Positions 48,401 to 56,427 of a DNA stretch of 59,116 nt are shown piece after piece (the first letter of the stretch is position 1; every line of letters starts with the position of its first letter). This DNA comes from Clostridia bacterium (GTDB lineage Bacteria > Bacillota > Clostridia > Oscillospirales > Acutalibacteraceae), in NCBI GenBank assembly GCA_030528905.1, contig JAUMXZ010000001.1, positions 1-59,116 on the forward strand, written 5' to 3'. The notes beneath the pieces are model-generated. The model did not search any database, was not told the DNA's origin, and worked only from the letters and a program-made list of their open reading frames with translations. The translations under genes were made by a program, and so were the position numbers.

Positions 48401-49270
48401 CTCAACCCATTGGGTGTTCCATCCCGTATGAATATCGGACAGGTTTTGGAAGTTCACCTTGGATATGCAGCTAAAACACTTGGCTGGAAAATAATGACTC
48501 CTGTTTTTGATGGAGCAAGTGAGGAAGATATATTTGAGTGCTTCAGACAGGCAGGACTTGATGACAGCGGTAAGATATGGCTAAAAGACGGCAGAACAGG
48601 TGAATATTTTGATAACCCTGTAACCGTAGGATATATGTATTATCTGAAACTGCACCACCTTGTAGACGATAAGATTCACGCCCGTTCAACAGGACCCTAT
48701 TCTCTTGTTACACAGCAGCCATTAGGCGGAAAAGCTCAATTTGGCGGTCAGCGTTTCGGAGAAATGGAAGTATGGGCACTTGAAGCTTATGGTGCAGCAT
48801 ATACATTACAAGAAATATTAACCGTAAAATCAGACGATATTGTCGGAAGAGTCAAGGCATATGAAGCTATTGTAAAGGGAGAAAATATACCAAAACCAGG
48901 CGCTCCCGAAGCATTCAGAGTATTGATAAAAGAGCTGCAGTCATTAGGTCTTGATGTCAATATATTAGATAAAAATAATGACGAGATAGACCTGAAACAG
49001 AATTTTGACGAAGATTTAGGACTACAGCCGGTTGCAGAGCCTCAGGATGAACTTGAGGAGGATTTGGAAGATGCTCAGGATGATAAGCAAGATGCTTTTG
49101 ATGCTGAATATAAAGTAGATACATTAGAGGGTTTGAGTTTAGATGAAAGTCAGGACGATAGTCAGGTTATGTATGATGAATCATCTATAGTAGCAAGCTA
49201 TGATGATCCTGAAGAGGACTTTCAAAGTGAGGATATAAATGTTTATGAACTAAATTCTGATGAAGAATAG
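45452..49270 (+). CDS. rpoB: DNA-directed RNA polymerase subunit beta
   Basis: RMSFSKI..., [40 protein letters not shown] 45452 was chosen because MVNVKPV...RMSF fits clostridial RpoB N-termini; the ORF-track TTG 45440 lies 1 nt after the GAGGAG SD. Confidence 0.97.
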   Translation: MVNVKPVRLGETERMSFSKINEVLDMPNLLEIQKNSYDWFVKKGLKEVFDDVSGIIDYTENLVLDFVDYKLDLDKPNYTIAQCKERDTTYAAAIRATVRLINKETGEIKESEVFMGDFPLMTESGTFVINGAERVIVSQLVRSPGVYYKMEHDKTGKEMFTATVIPNRGAWLEYENDLNDVFYVRIDKNRKLPVTTFIRALGLGTDEEIFDYFGKDERIIATIEKDPCHTTEEALLEVYRKLRPTEPPTIESSKSHINNLFFDPRRYDISKVGRYKYNKKLGISSRIAGRVLADVVVNPLTGEVMAQAGEEVSKELALQIENAGVSVAYVKVENREKPVKVISNGMVDLGCYVNFDYEEECEISEKVRFDILSEILENAQNEDELKQQLKERKDELVPKHIIIDDIFSSINYFNCLACGVGEKDDIDHLGNRRIRSVGELLQNQFRIGFARLERVIKERMTLQAKDLEILTPQSLINIRPVVSAIREFFGSSPLSQFMDQNNPLAELTHKRRLSSLGPGGLTRDRAGFEVRDVHYTHYGRMCPIETPEGPNIGLISYLATYAKINKYGFIEAPFRKVNKIYDENNKVIDAVVSDEVVYMTADVEDDFIVIQANEPLDENNRFKNTKVNGRYKDEFVEVEREKADYMDVVPKMVLSVATSMIPFLENDDANRALMGANMQRQAVPLLTTEAPIVATGMEYKAGVDSGVCIVAKTDGVVKYVSADRIILDTQNGEAVYNVTKFLRSNQGTCINQNPIVKVGQEVKKGDVIADGPATDKGEISLGKNALIGFMTWEGYNYEDAVLLSEKIVRDDVYTSIHIEEYETEARDTKLGPEDITRDIPNVGEDLLKDLDEEGIIRVGAEVSAGDILVGKVTPKGESELTAEERLLRAIFGEKAREVRDTSLRVPHGEYGIIVDVKVFTRKDHKEELAPGVNKVVRCYVAQKRKISVGDKMAGRHGNKGVVSRILPVEDMPFLPDGTPLDIVLNPLGVPSRMNIGQVLEVHLGYAAKTLGWKIMTPVFDGASEEDIFECFRQAGLDDSGKIWLKDGRTGEYFDNPVTVGYMYYLKLHHLVDDKIHARSTGPYSLVTQQPLGGKAQFGGQRFGEMEVWALEAYGAAYTLQEILTVKSDDIVGRVKAYEAIVKGENIPKPGAPEAFRVLIKELQSLGLDVNILDKNNDEIDLKQNFDEDLGLQPVAEPQDELEEDLEDAQDDKQDAFDAEYKVDTLEGLSLDESQDDSQVMYDESSIVASYDDPEEDFQSEDINVYELNSDEE

Positions 49271-49285
49271 GGAGGTTTATAATAT

Positions 49286-52200
49286 ATGGAATTTGAGTCT
49301 ATAAAAATTGCTCTTGCCTCTCCTGAGAAAATAAGAGAATGGTCATATGGCGAAGTAACAAAGGCGGAAACTATAAATTACCGAACATTGAAACCGGAAA
49401 GTGAAGGTCTTTTCTGCGAAAGAATATTCGGACCGCAAAAAGATTGGGAATGTCATTGTGGTAAATATAAAAGAATTCGTTATAAAGGTAAAATATGCGA
49501 AAAGTGTGGAGTAGAAGTAACGCGTTCAAAGGTCAGAAGAGAAAGATTAGGCCATATAGAATTAGTTGCACCTGTTTCACATATATGGTATTTCAAGGGA
49601 ATCCCATCAAGAATGGGCGTGCTGCTTGATATATCTCCGAGATCACTTGAAAAGGTACTTTATTTTGCTTCATATATAGTAACAGACCCAGGTACTGTTA
49701 CAGAATTACAAAAAGGCGATCTGCTCGATGAGAGAGATTACCGTGATTATCGCGAGAAATATGAAGATGACTTCAAAGCTGAAATGGGTGCTGAGGCAGT
49801 ACAGAAGCTTTTAGCTGATTTAGACCTTGATAAGCTTTCAGTAGAGCTAAAAGAAGAACTTGTAAATGCTACAGGACAGAAGAAATTAAGAATAATAAAA
49901 AGACTTGAAGTTGTTGAAGCATTCAGAATGTCAGGAAATAAGCCGGAGTGGATGATTCTGAATGTACTGCCGGTTATCCCGCCGGATATCCGTCCTATGG
50001 TTCAGCTTGACGGCGGTCGTTTTGCTACATCAGACTTAAACGATCTTTACAGAAGAGTCATCAATAGAAACAATCGCTTAAAAAGACTTTTAGAACTAAG
50101 CGCTCCGGATATAATCGTAAGAAATGAAAAAAGAATGCTCCAGGAAGCAGTAGATGCTTTGATTGATAACGGAAGAAGAGGCAGACCTGTTACCGGACCT
50201 AATAACAGACCGCTTAAATCATTATCAGATATGCTAAAAGGTAAACAAGGTCGTTTCAGACAAAACCTGCTTGGTAAGCGTGTTGACTACTCAGGACGTT
50301 CGGTTATAGTTGTAGGACCGGAATTAAAGATGTATCAGTGCGGTCTGCCAAAGGAAATGGCACTTGAATTGTTTAAACCGTTTGTAATGAAAAGACTTGT
50401 TGAAACAGGAGCTGTAAATAACATTAAAGCGGCAAGAAAAGGAGTAGACAGGGGAAGACCGGAAGTTTGGGATGCATTAGAAGTTGTAATCAAGGGACAT
50501 CCGGTACTGCTTAACCGTGCGCCCACACTTCACCGTCTGGGAATACAGGCTTTTGAACCGGTATTGGTAGAAGGCCGCGCACTAAAACTTCACCCGCTTT
50601 GCTGTACTGCTTATAACGCTGACTTTGACGGCGACCAAATGGCTGTCCACGTTCCGCTATCAGCAGAAGCCCAGGCAGAAGCAAGATTTTTGATGCTCTC
50701 TGTTGGCAACCTTCTGAAACCATCAGACGGAAAACCTGTTGCCGTACCATCACAGGATATGGTTCTTGGCTCATATTATCTGACCTTAGACAAAGATAAT
50801 GAGCCCGGCGAAGGCAAAGTGTTCAGAGATTTCAATGAGGCTTTGATGGCTTATGATGCAAAGGTTATAAGCTTACACGCTAAAATTAAAGTAAGAAGAA
50901 CAGCAGTTATAAACGGAAAAGAAGTATCAGCAATAATAGATACAACAGTCGGAAAAATCATATTTAACCAGCCTATACCTCAGGATTTAGGTTTCTGCGA
51001 CAGAACGAAAGAAGAAAATCTGTTAAAACTTGAAGTCGATTTCCTCGCAGGTAAAAAAATGCTTGGTAAAATTATAGATAGATGTATAAAGGTACACGGT
51101 GTTGAAAAAACAGCAGAGCTTTTGGATAATATTAAGGCTCAGGGCTATAGATATTCAACACAAAGCGCTATTACGGTAGCTGTTTGTGATGCGGTTATAC
51201 CACCGGCTAAAAAAGATATATTAGAAGATGCAGAAAAACAAGTTGATAGGGCAACAGCATTATACAGACGAGGACTTATATCTAATAAGGAGCGTTCTGA
51301 CTCTGTTTTGAAAATTTGGGAGAAGGCTACAAATGATGTAACCGATGCGCTGCAGTCAAATTTAGAGCGCTATAACCCTATATATATGATGGCCGACTCC
51401 GGAGCTCGTGGATCTATGAGCCAGATAAGACAGCTTGCCGGAATGAGAGGTCTTATCGCAAATACATCCGGTAAGGTTATTGAAATTCCAATTAGAGCAA
51501 ACTATCGTGAAGGTCTTAACATTTTGGAATACTTTATATCATCTCGTGGCGCAAGAAAAGGTCTTGCCGATACAGCTTTGAGAACGGCTGACTCAGGATA
51601 TTTGACAAGACGCCTTGTAGATGTATCTCAGGAAGTTATAATAAGACAAGATGACTGTCAGGCCCAGGAAGGTCTTGAAATCTTTGATATATGCGACGGC
51701 AAGGAGTCTATTGAAGGCTTGCACGAGAGATTACAGGGCAGATATTTGTGTAAAGACTATATAGACGAAAAAACCGGCAGAGTGCTTGTGTCAAAAGATA
51801 AGATGATGACAGAAGAAGATGCCGATCTGTTAATAGCAAACGGCGTAGAAAAAATAGAGATAAGATCTGTTCTTAACTGTAAGACCAGAAACGGTGTCTG
51901 CAGCAAATGTTATGGAGCTAACCTTGCAACAGGCCTGCCTGTTACACAGGGTGAATCAGTAGGTATTATAGCAGCTCAGTCAATCGGTGAGCCGGGTACT
52001 CAGCTTACAATGAGAACCTTCCATACCGGCGGTGTTGCAAGTGCTGAGGATATTACACAGGGTCTGCCTCGTGTAGAAGAACTTTTTGAGGGCAGAAAAC
52101 CAAAGCATTTAGCTATAATCAGTGAAATTGACGGTGAAGTGTTCTTTGAAGAAATCAAGAGAAATATGCACGCTGTTATAAGAAATAGCGAAACAGGAGA

Positions 52201-52828
52201 TGAAAGAGCATATCTTATACCGTTTGGATCACGAACCAGAGTTAAAGAAGGCGATGTGATAGAGGCCGGCGATCTGATAACAGAAGGTTATATAAACCCA
52301 CACGATGTATTAGCTATCAAGGGAGTAAAGGCTGTTCAAAACTATCTTATCCAAGAAGTACAAAGAGTTTACCGTATGCAGGGTGTTGATATCAACGATA
52401 AGCATATTGAGGTTATCGTAAGACAGATGCTCAGAAAAGTAAAAGTTGATGATGCAGGTGATACAGGCTTAACACCTGATGTTCTTACAAATAAGAGCGA
52501 TGTGGAAGAGGCAAACGAGCAAATTGAGAACAGAATCAAAGCAGGAGAGATAGATTTAAGAAAAGCAACATATATACCGGTACTTCTCGGTATTACAAAA
52601 GCTTCTCTTGCAACAGATTCATTCCTATCAGCAGCTTCATTCCAGGAGACTACAAAAGTTCTGACCGATGCATCAATCAAAGGTAAGGTCGATCCGCTGA
52701 TCGGACTTAAAGAAAATGTACTTATAGGTAAATTAGTGCCTGCAGGTACAGGTTTGGATATGTATAACAATGTAATAGTAAAAGAGAAGACTGAAACTGA
52801 AAATCTGTTTAACAGTATCAGATATTAG
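49286..52828 (+). CDS. rpoC: DNA-directed RNA polymerase subunit beta'
   Basis: Zn finger [29 protein letters not shown], and trigger-loop/bridge helix regions. Confidence 0.98.
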   Translation: MEFESIKIALASPEKIREWSYGEVTKAETINYRTLKPESEGLFCERIFGPQKDWECHCGKYKRIRYKGKICEKCGVEVTRSKVRRERLGHIELVAPVSHIWYFKGIPSRMGVLLDISPRSLEKVLYFASYIVTDPGTVTELQKGDLLDERDYRDYREKYEDDFKAEMGAEAVQKLLADLDLDKLSVELKEELVNATGQKKLRIIKRLEVVEAFRMSGNKPEWMILNVLPVIPPDIRPMVQLDGGRFATSDLNDLYRRVINRNNRLKRLLELSAPDIIVRNEKRMLQEAVDALIDNGRRGRPVTGPNNRPLKSLSDMLKGKQGRFRQNLLGKRVDYSGRSVIVVGPELKMYQCGLPKEMALELFKPFVMKRLVETGAVNNIKAARKGVDRGRPEVWDALEVVIKGHPVLLNRAPTLHRLGIQAFEPVLVEGRALKLHPLCCTAYNADFDGDQMAVHVPLSAEAQAEARFLMLSVGNLLKPSDGKPVAVPSQDMVLGSYYLTLDKDNEPGEGKVFRDFNEALMAYDAKVISLHAKIKVRRTAVINGKEVSAIIDTTVGKIIFNQPIPQDLGFCDRTKEENLLKLEVDFLAGKKMLGKIIDRCIKVHGVEKTAELLDNIKAQGYRYSTQSAITVAVCDAVIPPAKKDILEDAEKQVDRATALYRRGLISNKERSDSVLKIWEKATNDVTDALQSNLERYNPIYMMADSGARGSMSQIRQLAGMRGLIANTSGKVIEIPIRANYREGLNILEYFISSRGARKGLADTALRTADSGYLTRRLVDVSQEVIIRQDDCQAQEGLEIFDICDGKESIEGLHERLQGRYLCKDYIDEKTGRVLVSKDKMMTEEDADLLIANGVEKIEIRSVLNCKTRNGVCSKCYGANLATGLPVTQGESVGIIAAQSIGEPGTQLTMRTFHTGGVASAEDITQGLPRVEELFEGRKPKHLAIISEIDGEVFFEEIKRNMHAVIRNSETGDERAYLIPFGSRTRVKEGDVIEAGDLITEGYINPHDVLAIKGVKAVQNYLIQEVQRVYRMQGVDINDKHIEVIVRQMLRKVKVDDAGDTGLTPDVLTNKSDVEEANEQIENRIKAGEIDLRKATYIPVLLGITKASLATDSFLSAASFQETTKVLTDASIKGKVDPLIGLKENVLIGKLVPAGTGLDMYNNVIVKEKTETENLFNSIRY

Positions 52829-52831
52829 ATG

Positions 52832-52871
52832 AAAATCCTCACAGGGGTAGATAAACCTGTGAGGATTTTTT
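52832..52871. terminator. Bidirectional intrinsic terminator between convergent rpoC and DUF378 gene
   Basis: 14-bp perfect stem AAAATCCTCACAGG / CCTGTGAGGATTTT. A T-run follows on the + strand and a shorter T-run on the - strand. Confidence 0.85.
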
Positions 52872-52885
52872 GGTTATTTAAAGTT

Positions 52886-53095
52886 TCAGATAACAGACGG
52901 TGCCCGTTCAGTATCTCTGAAGAGTAGAGAAACGCACCATATAGCAGCTAAAGCTACAAGACAATAGACAACTCTGCTAAGAACCGCAGCTTGTCCGCCG
53001 AAAATAGCACCAACTAAGTCATACTGGAATATTCCAATAGCACCCCAGTTAATGCCGCCTATAATTAAAATTGTCAAGGCTACTTTGTCTATCAT
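52886..53095 (-). CDS. DUF378 small membrane protein
   Basis: LIIGGINWGAIGIFQYDLVGAIFGG is the typical DUF378 signature. GGAGTGAG SD. Confidence 0.8.
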   Translation of the reverse strand: MIDKVALTILIIGGINWGAIGIFQYDLVGAIFGGQAAVLSRVVYCLVALAAIWCVSLLFRDTERAPSVI

Positions 53096-53109
53096 AAAAT
53101 CTCACTCCT

Positions 53110-53167
53110 AAAAAATAAAAGAAGCAATAAAGCATATAATAAGATTAAAATATGATTTATTGCTTTC
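53110..53167 (-). terminator. Candidate intrinsic terminator after nth
   Basis: AAGCAATAAA (53122-53131) pairs with TTTATTGCTT (53156-65), with an inner CATAT/ATATG extension. A T-rich run follows on the - strand (the plus-strand A-run at 53111-53120). Confidence 0.55.
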
Positions 53168-53217
53168 AAAGATATTTTTTACAAGAATAAAAGATTTATA
53201 CATCAAAAAAATTTGGT

Positions 53218-53844
53218 TTATTTTGAATTTTCACATATTTGTTTAAGACAGCATAGGTCGCATTTGGGGTTTCTTGCAGAACAAACAGCCCGGCCGTGTA
53301 AGACAAGTCTATGACAAAAATCGTTTGATTCTTCCGGAGGAAGAAGATCTTTTAATATAAGCTCGATTTTATAAGCATCTTTAGTGTTATGAAAGCCAAG
53401 CTTAGAGGTGATTCTGATGCAGTGGGTATCGACAACAACAGCAGGCTTTGAAAAGACATCACCCATAATAAGATTAGCAGTTTTTCTTCCCACACCCGGC
53501 AGGCTTGTAAGATCTTCTAAATTATCAGGGACTTCAGCGTTGAATTTTTCGCAAATCATTTTACACATATTCACAATATCTTTTGCCTTTGTTTTATAAA
53601 GTCCACAGGATTTTATGTAAGAGCCGACTTCTTCAATATCAGCATCTGCAAAGTCATAGACAGTTTTATACCTGTCAAACAAAGAGGGGGTAACAAGATT
53701 AACTCTTGCATCAGTACATTGGGCAGAAAGTCTGGTTGCTATAAGAAGCTGTAAAGGGTTACTATGAACAAGCATACAGACAGCATCGGGATATTGTTTT
53801 TTAAGAGCTTTTACAGCAAACAGAGCTTTTTCTTTAGTATTCAT
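53218..53844 (-). CDS. nth: Endonuclease III
   Basis: HhH-GPD motif LTSLPGVGRKTANLIM and the C-terminal 4Fe-4S loop CSARNPKCDLCCLKQIC. Confidence 0.93.
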   Translation of the reverse strand: MNTKEKALFAVKALKKQYPDAVCMLVHSNPLQLLIATRLSAQCTDARVNLVTPSLFDRYKTVYDFADADIEEVGSYIKSCGLYKTKAKDIVNMCKMICEKFNAEVPDNLEDLTSLPGVGRKTANLIMGDVFSKPAVVVDTHCIRITSKLGFHNTKDAYKIELILKDLLPPEESNDFCHRLVLHGRAVCSARNPKCDLCCLKQICENSK

Positions 53845-53871
53845 TTATTATATCTCTTTTCGTTTTTGCTT

Positions 53872-56304
53872 TTAAGTTATACCGGCCTCACCGGAAGGGT
53901 TTTCATTTGGGACTAACTGGACCAAAGAAGAATCAGAGGAAGGAGCAGAAGACGGCTCAACAGAAGGTGTAGAAGACGGCTCGATAGGAGGAGCGGAGGA
54001 AGGTTCAACAGAAGGCTCAACAGAAGAAGGTTCCTCTATTGACGGCTCAGGTTCAGTTGAGGGTTCAACAGACGGTTCTCTTGATAAGATCTCAGAAGAA
54101 CTTTGATTTTCAGAAGATGAACCAGAGCTTGTGTCATCGGAAGAAGAGTCTTCAGAAGAATCTATAGATTGATTTCGGGCACCGCCGCCGTGAGTAGTGC
54201 AAAGAGAGGGCATATTATCTTTAGAGTAATAACCGACTTCGACTGATGGACAACCGCTTGCGGCTAAAAGGCCGGAGGTTGTGCAGAAATTAGCTGTGGT
54301 TACAGAAGTATCATCAACAAAAGATTTATAAGAACGAGTTGAAATATAAGAGCTCATAACATAGTTCCAGATTTTAGCAGCAAAAGAAGCCTCATAGTCG
54401 CTCATAGGAGTTGGGTTTTCATAGCCTGTCCAGATACCGGCAACTGCGTAGGGTGTACCGCCGACAAACCAGCTGTTTTCGTTATCGTCTGTAGTACCTG
54501 TTTTGCCGAATACATAGGTTCCGGGAATATTAGCAGCTTTACCTGTACCTTCAGGACCGGTTATTACTCCGTTGAGGAGTTTTCTCATTATAGTAGAATT
54601 TTGGCTCGAAATTGCATAAGAACCCACATTATCTCTATTGTCTAAAATAACTTTTCCTGTGTTATCTTCTACATAGTAGTAAGAGAACGGTTTATTATAA
54701 ACTCCGCCATTACCGAATATTTGGAAGGCTGCGGTCATTTCTTTAACGGTAACACCGTTGTAGCTTCCGCCTGTAGCCATACCGGAGTAAGTGCAGTCAA
54801 CAGCTTCGTTGAAAGTTGTGAAACCTAATTTTTCGGTTACAAAGGCATAGCTACCCTCCGGTGTGAGTTTTTTGACTATCTGTGCAGCAGGAGCATTAGC
54901 AGATATTTCCAAAGCTTTCTTGACGGTCATATAGCCTCTGTAGGACTTATACCAGTTTGGCGGCCACGGACCGGTTGTACCGGGGATATTATGAAGAGGG
55001 GCATCCTGGATTAAAGATGAGAAATTGATGATCTTATTTTCCAAAGCCGGAGCATAAACGCCTAAAGGTTTGAAGCTTGAACCGGGCTGTCTTGTAGCTG
55101 TTGTAGCACAGTTCCAAAGAAGGTTAGCTTCTTTAGAACCTCTTCTGCCGATGACTGCAAGGATTCTTCCGTCGTAGTCCATCATAACATAGCCTGTTTG
55201 TATAGACTTATTAGAGGGCATTACAGAAGAATTGGTAAAGGCATCTTCAGCGATTTTTTGCGCATCTAAATCCATAGCAGAATATATTTTATAGCCGTTG
55301 TGCATCAGCATATACATTGCGGTATCTTCATCTATTTTCATACTTACGGCTAAATCTGCAGCAATTTCCTGAAGCATAGATTCCATATACCAGTTGTTTA
55401 TAGTAGAGCTGATTTCGTCCTCGTCCTCATCAAGTGTGACAAACTGCATATTTTCGCTTTCAGCCATTGCAGTATCATATTCTTCTTTTGTTATCATACC
55501 TTGATTGAACATCTCAGATAAAACGGTCTGTTGTCTTTGTTTGTTTGAATCAGGATATACAAGCGGAGTATATCTTGATGGGTTTTGAGTAATACCTGCT
55601 ATAGAGGCACACTCTGCGATACTGCACTGAGCGATATCTTTGCCGAAATACTTATTAGCAGCAGCCTGGACTCCATTACAACCGCTGCCGAAGTTTACGA
55701 TATTAAGATAAGTTTCAAGAATCTCATCTTTAGTGTATTTACGCTCGAACATAAGAGCGTTTATAATTTCTGAGAGTTTTCTTGTGATACTTACTTCTGA
55801 CTTTTGAGTAAGGTTTTTGATAAGCTGCTGAGTCAAAGTTGAGCCGCCATAAGTATCAGTACCGGTGACAAAAGATTTAACAGCGCCCAAAGTACGAATC
55901 CAGTCCACACCGGAATGTTCATAGAATCGTTTATCTTCTATTGCTATTATTGCGTTTTTCATAGCATCGGGGATTTCAGCATAATCGACCCAAACCCGAC
56001 TTTCACCGGAATAAACAGGCTGATATTCAACGGGGTTTCCGTTTTTATCATTGACATAAATAAAGCTGGTTAAGTCGACCTTTAGAGATCTCAAATCAAG
56101 ATTTATAGCCTTGTTTGCATTTGTTGCCATATAGACAAATACACTGCCTGCGACTATGGTAAGAGAGATGCCTAATATTAAAAAAATCATAAGTATATAC
56201 TTCAAAGCCATTCTTATTCTGGTTTTTGCTGTTGGGGAGGATGTACTGATGGAGTCTTTGATATAAGCATTCTTAGTGTATTGGTTAATATCCGTTTTCT
56301 TCAT
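53872..56304 (-). CDS. Class A penicillin-binding protein (transglycosylase + transpeptidase) with S/E/P-rich C-terminal tail
   Basis: GT51 motifs AIIAIEDKRFYEHSGVD, GGSTLTQQL and RKLSE. Transpeptidase motifs SSFKP, and KTGTT. N-terminal TM anchor. Confidence 0.93.
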   Translation of the reverse strand: MKKTDINQYTKNAYIKDSISTSSPTAKTRIRMALKYILMIFLILGISLTIVAGSVFVYMATNANKAINLDLRSLKVDLTSFIYVNDKNGNPVEYQPVYSGESRVWVDYAEIPDAMKNAIIAIEDKRFYEHSGVDWIRTLGAVKSFVTGTDTYGGSTLTQQLIKNLTQKSEVSITRKLSEIINALMFERKYTKDEILETYLNIVNFGSGCNGVQAAANKYFGKDIAQCSIAECASIAGITQNPSRYTPLVYPDSNKQRQQTVLSEMFNQGMITKEEYDTAMAESENMQFVTLDEDEDEISSTINNWYMESMLQEIAADLAVSMKIDEDTAMYMLMHNGYKIYSAMDLDAQKIAEDAFTNSSVMPSNKSIQTGYVMMDYDGRILAVIGRRGSKEANLLWNCATTATRQPGSSFKPLGVYAPALENKIINFSSLIQDAPLHNIPGTTGPWPPNWYKSYRGYMTVKKALEISANAPAAQIVKKLTPEGSYAFVTEKLGFTTFNEAVDCTYSGMATGGSYNGVTVKEMTAAFQIFGNGGVYNKPFSYYYVEDNTGKVILDNRDNVGSYAISSQNSTIMRKLLNGVITGPEGTGKAANIPGTYVFGKTGTTDDNENSWFVGGTPYAVAGIWTGYENPTPMSDYEASFAAKIWNYVMSSYISTRSYKSFVDDTSVTTANFCTTSGLLAASGCPSVEVGYYSKDNMPSLCTTHGGGARNQSIDSSEDSSSDDTSSGSSSENQSSSEILSREPSVEPSTEPEPSIEEPSSVEPSVEPSSAPPIEPSSTPSVEPSSAPSSDSSLVQLVPNENPSGEAGIT
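53890..54130 (-). repeat. Imperfect tandem coding repeats (xEPSx units) in the PBP tail
   Basis: Recurrent GAAGG(T/C)TCAACAGA(A/C)GG-like units on the plus strand encode EPSVEPSTEPEPSIEEPSSVEPSVEPSSAPPIEPSSTPSVEPSSAPS. Confidence 0.7.
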
Positions 56305-56427
56305 ATCGCTGATATCCTTTCAATATAAAAATAAAAACAAATAAAATTTACTACATTATAACATAAAAATATGTTAAAGTATATCTTGTAGAAAAAAATT
56401 TTACAATTTAATAGGGTGTGATCGGAT

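Noticed and set aside
56360-56375. The palindrome AACATA-AAAA-TATGTT in the PBP/addB divergent region as a LexA (Cheo) box.
   Set aside because: The Cheo box is GAAC-N4-GTTC. Here the AAC and GTT triplets are 10 nt apart and the flanking G/C are missing.
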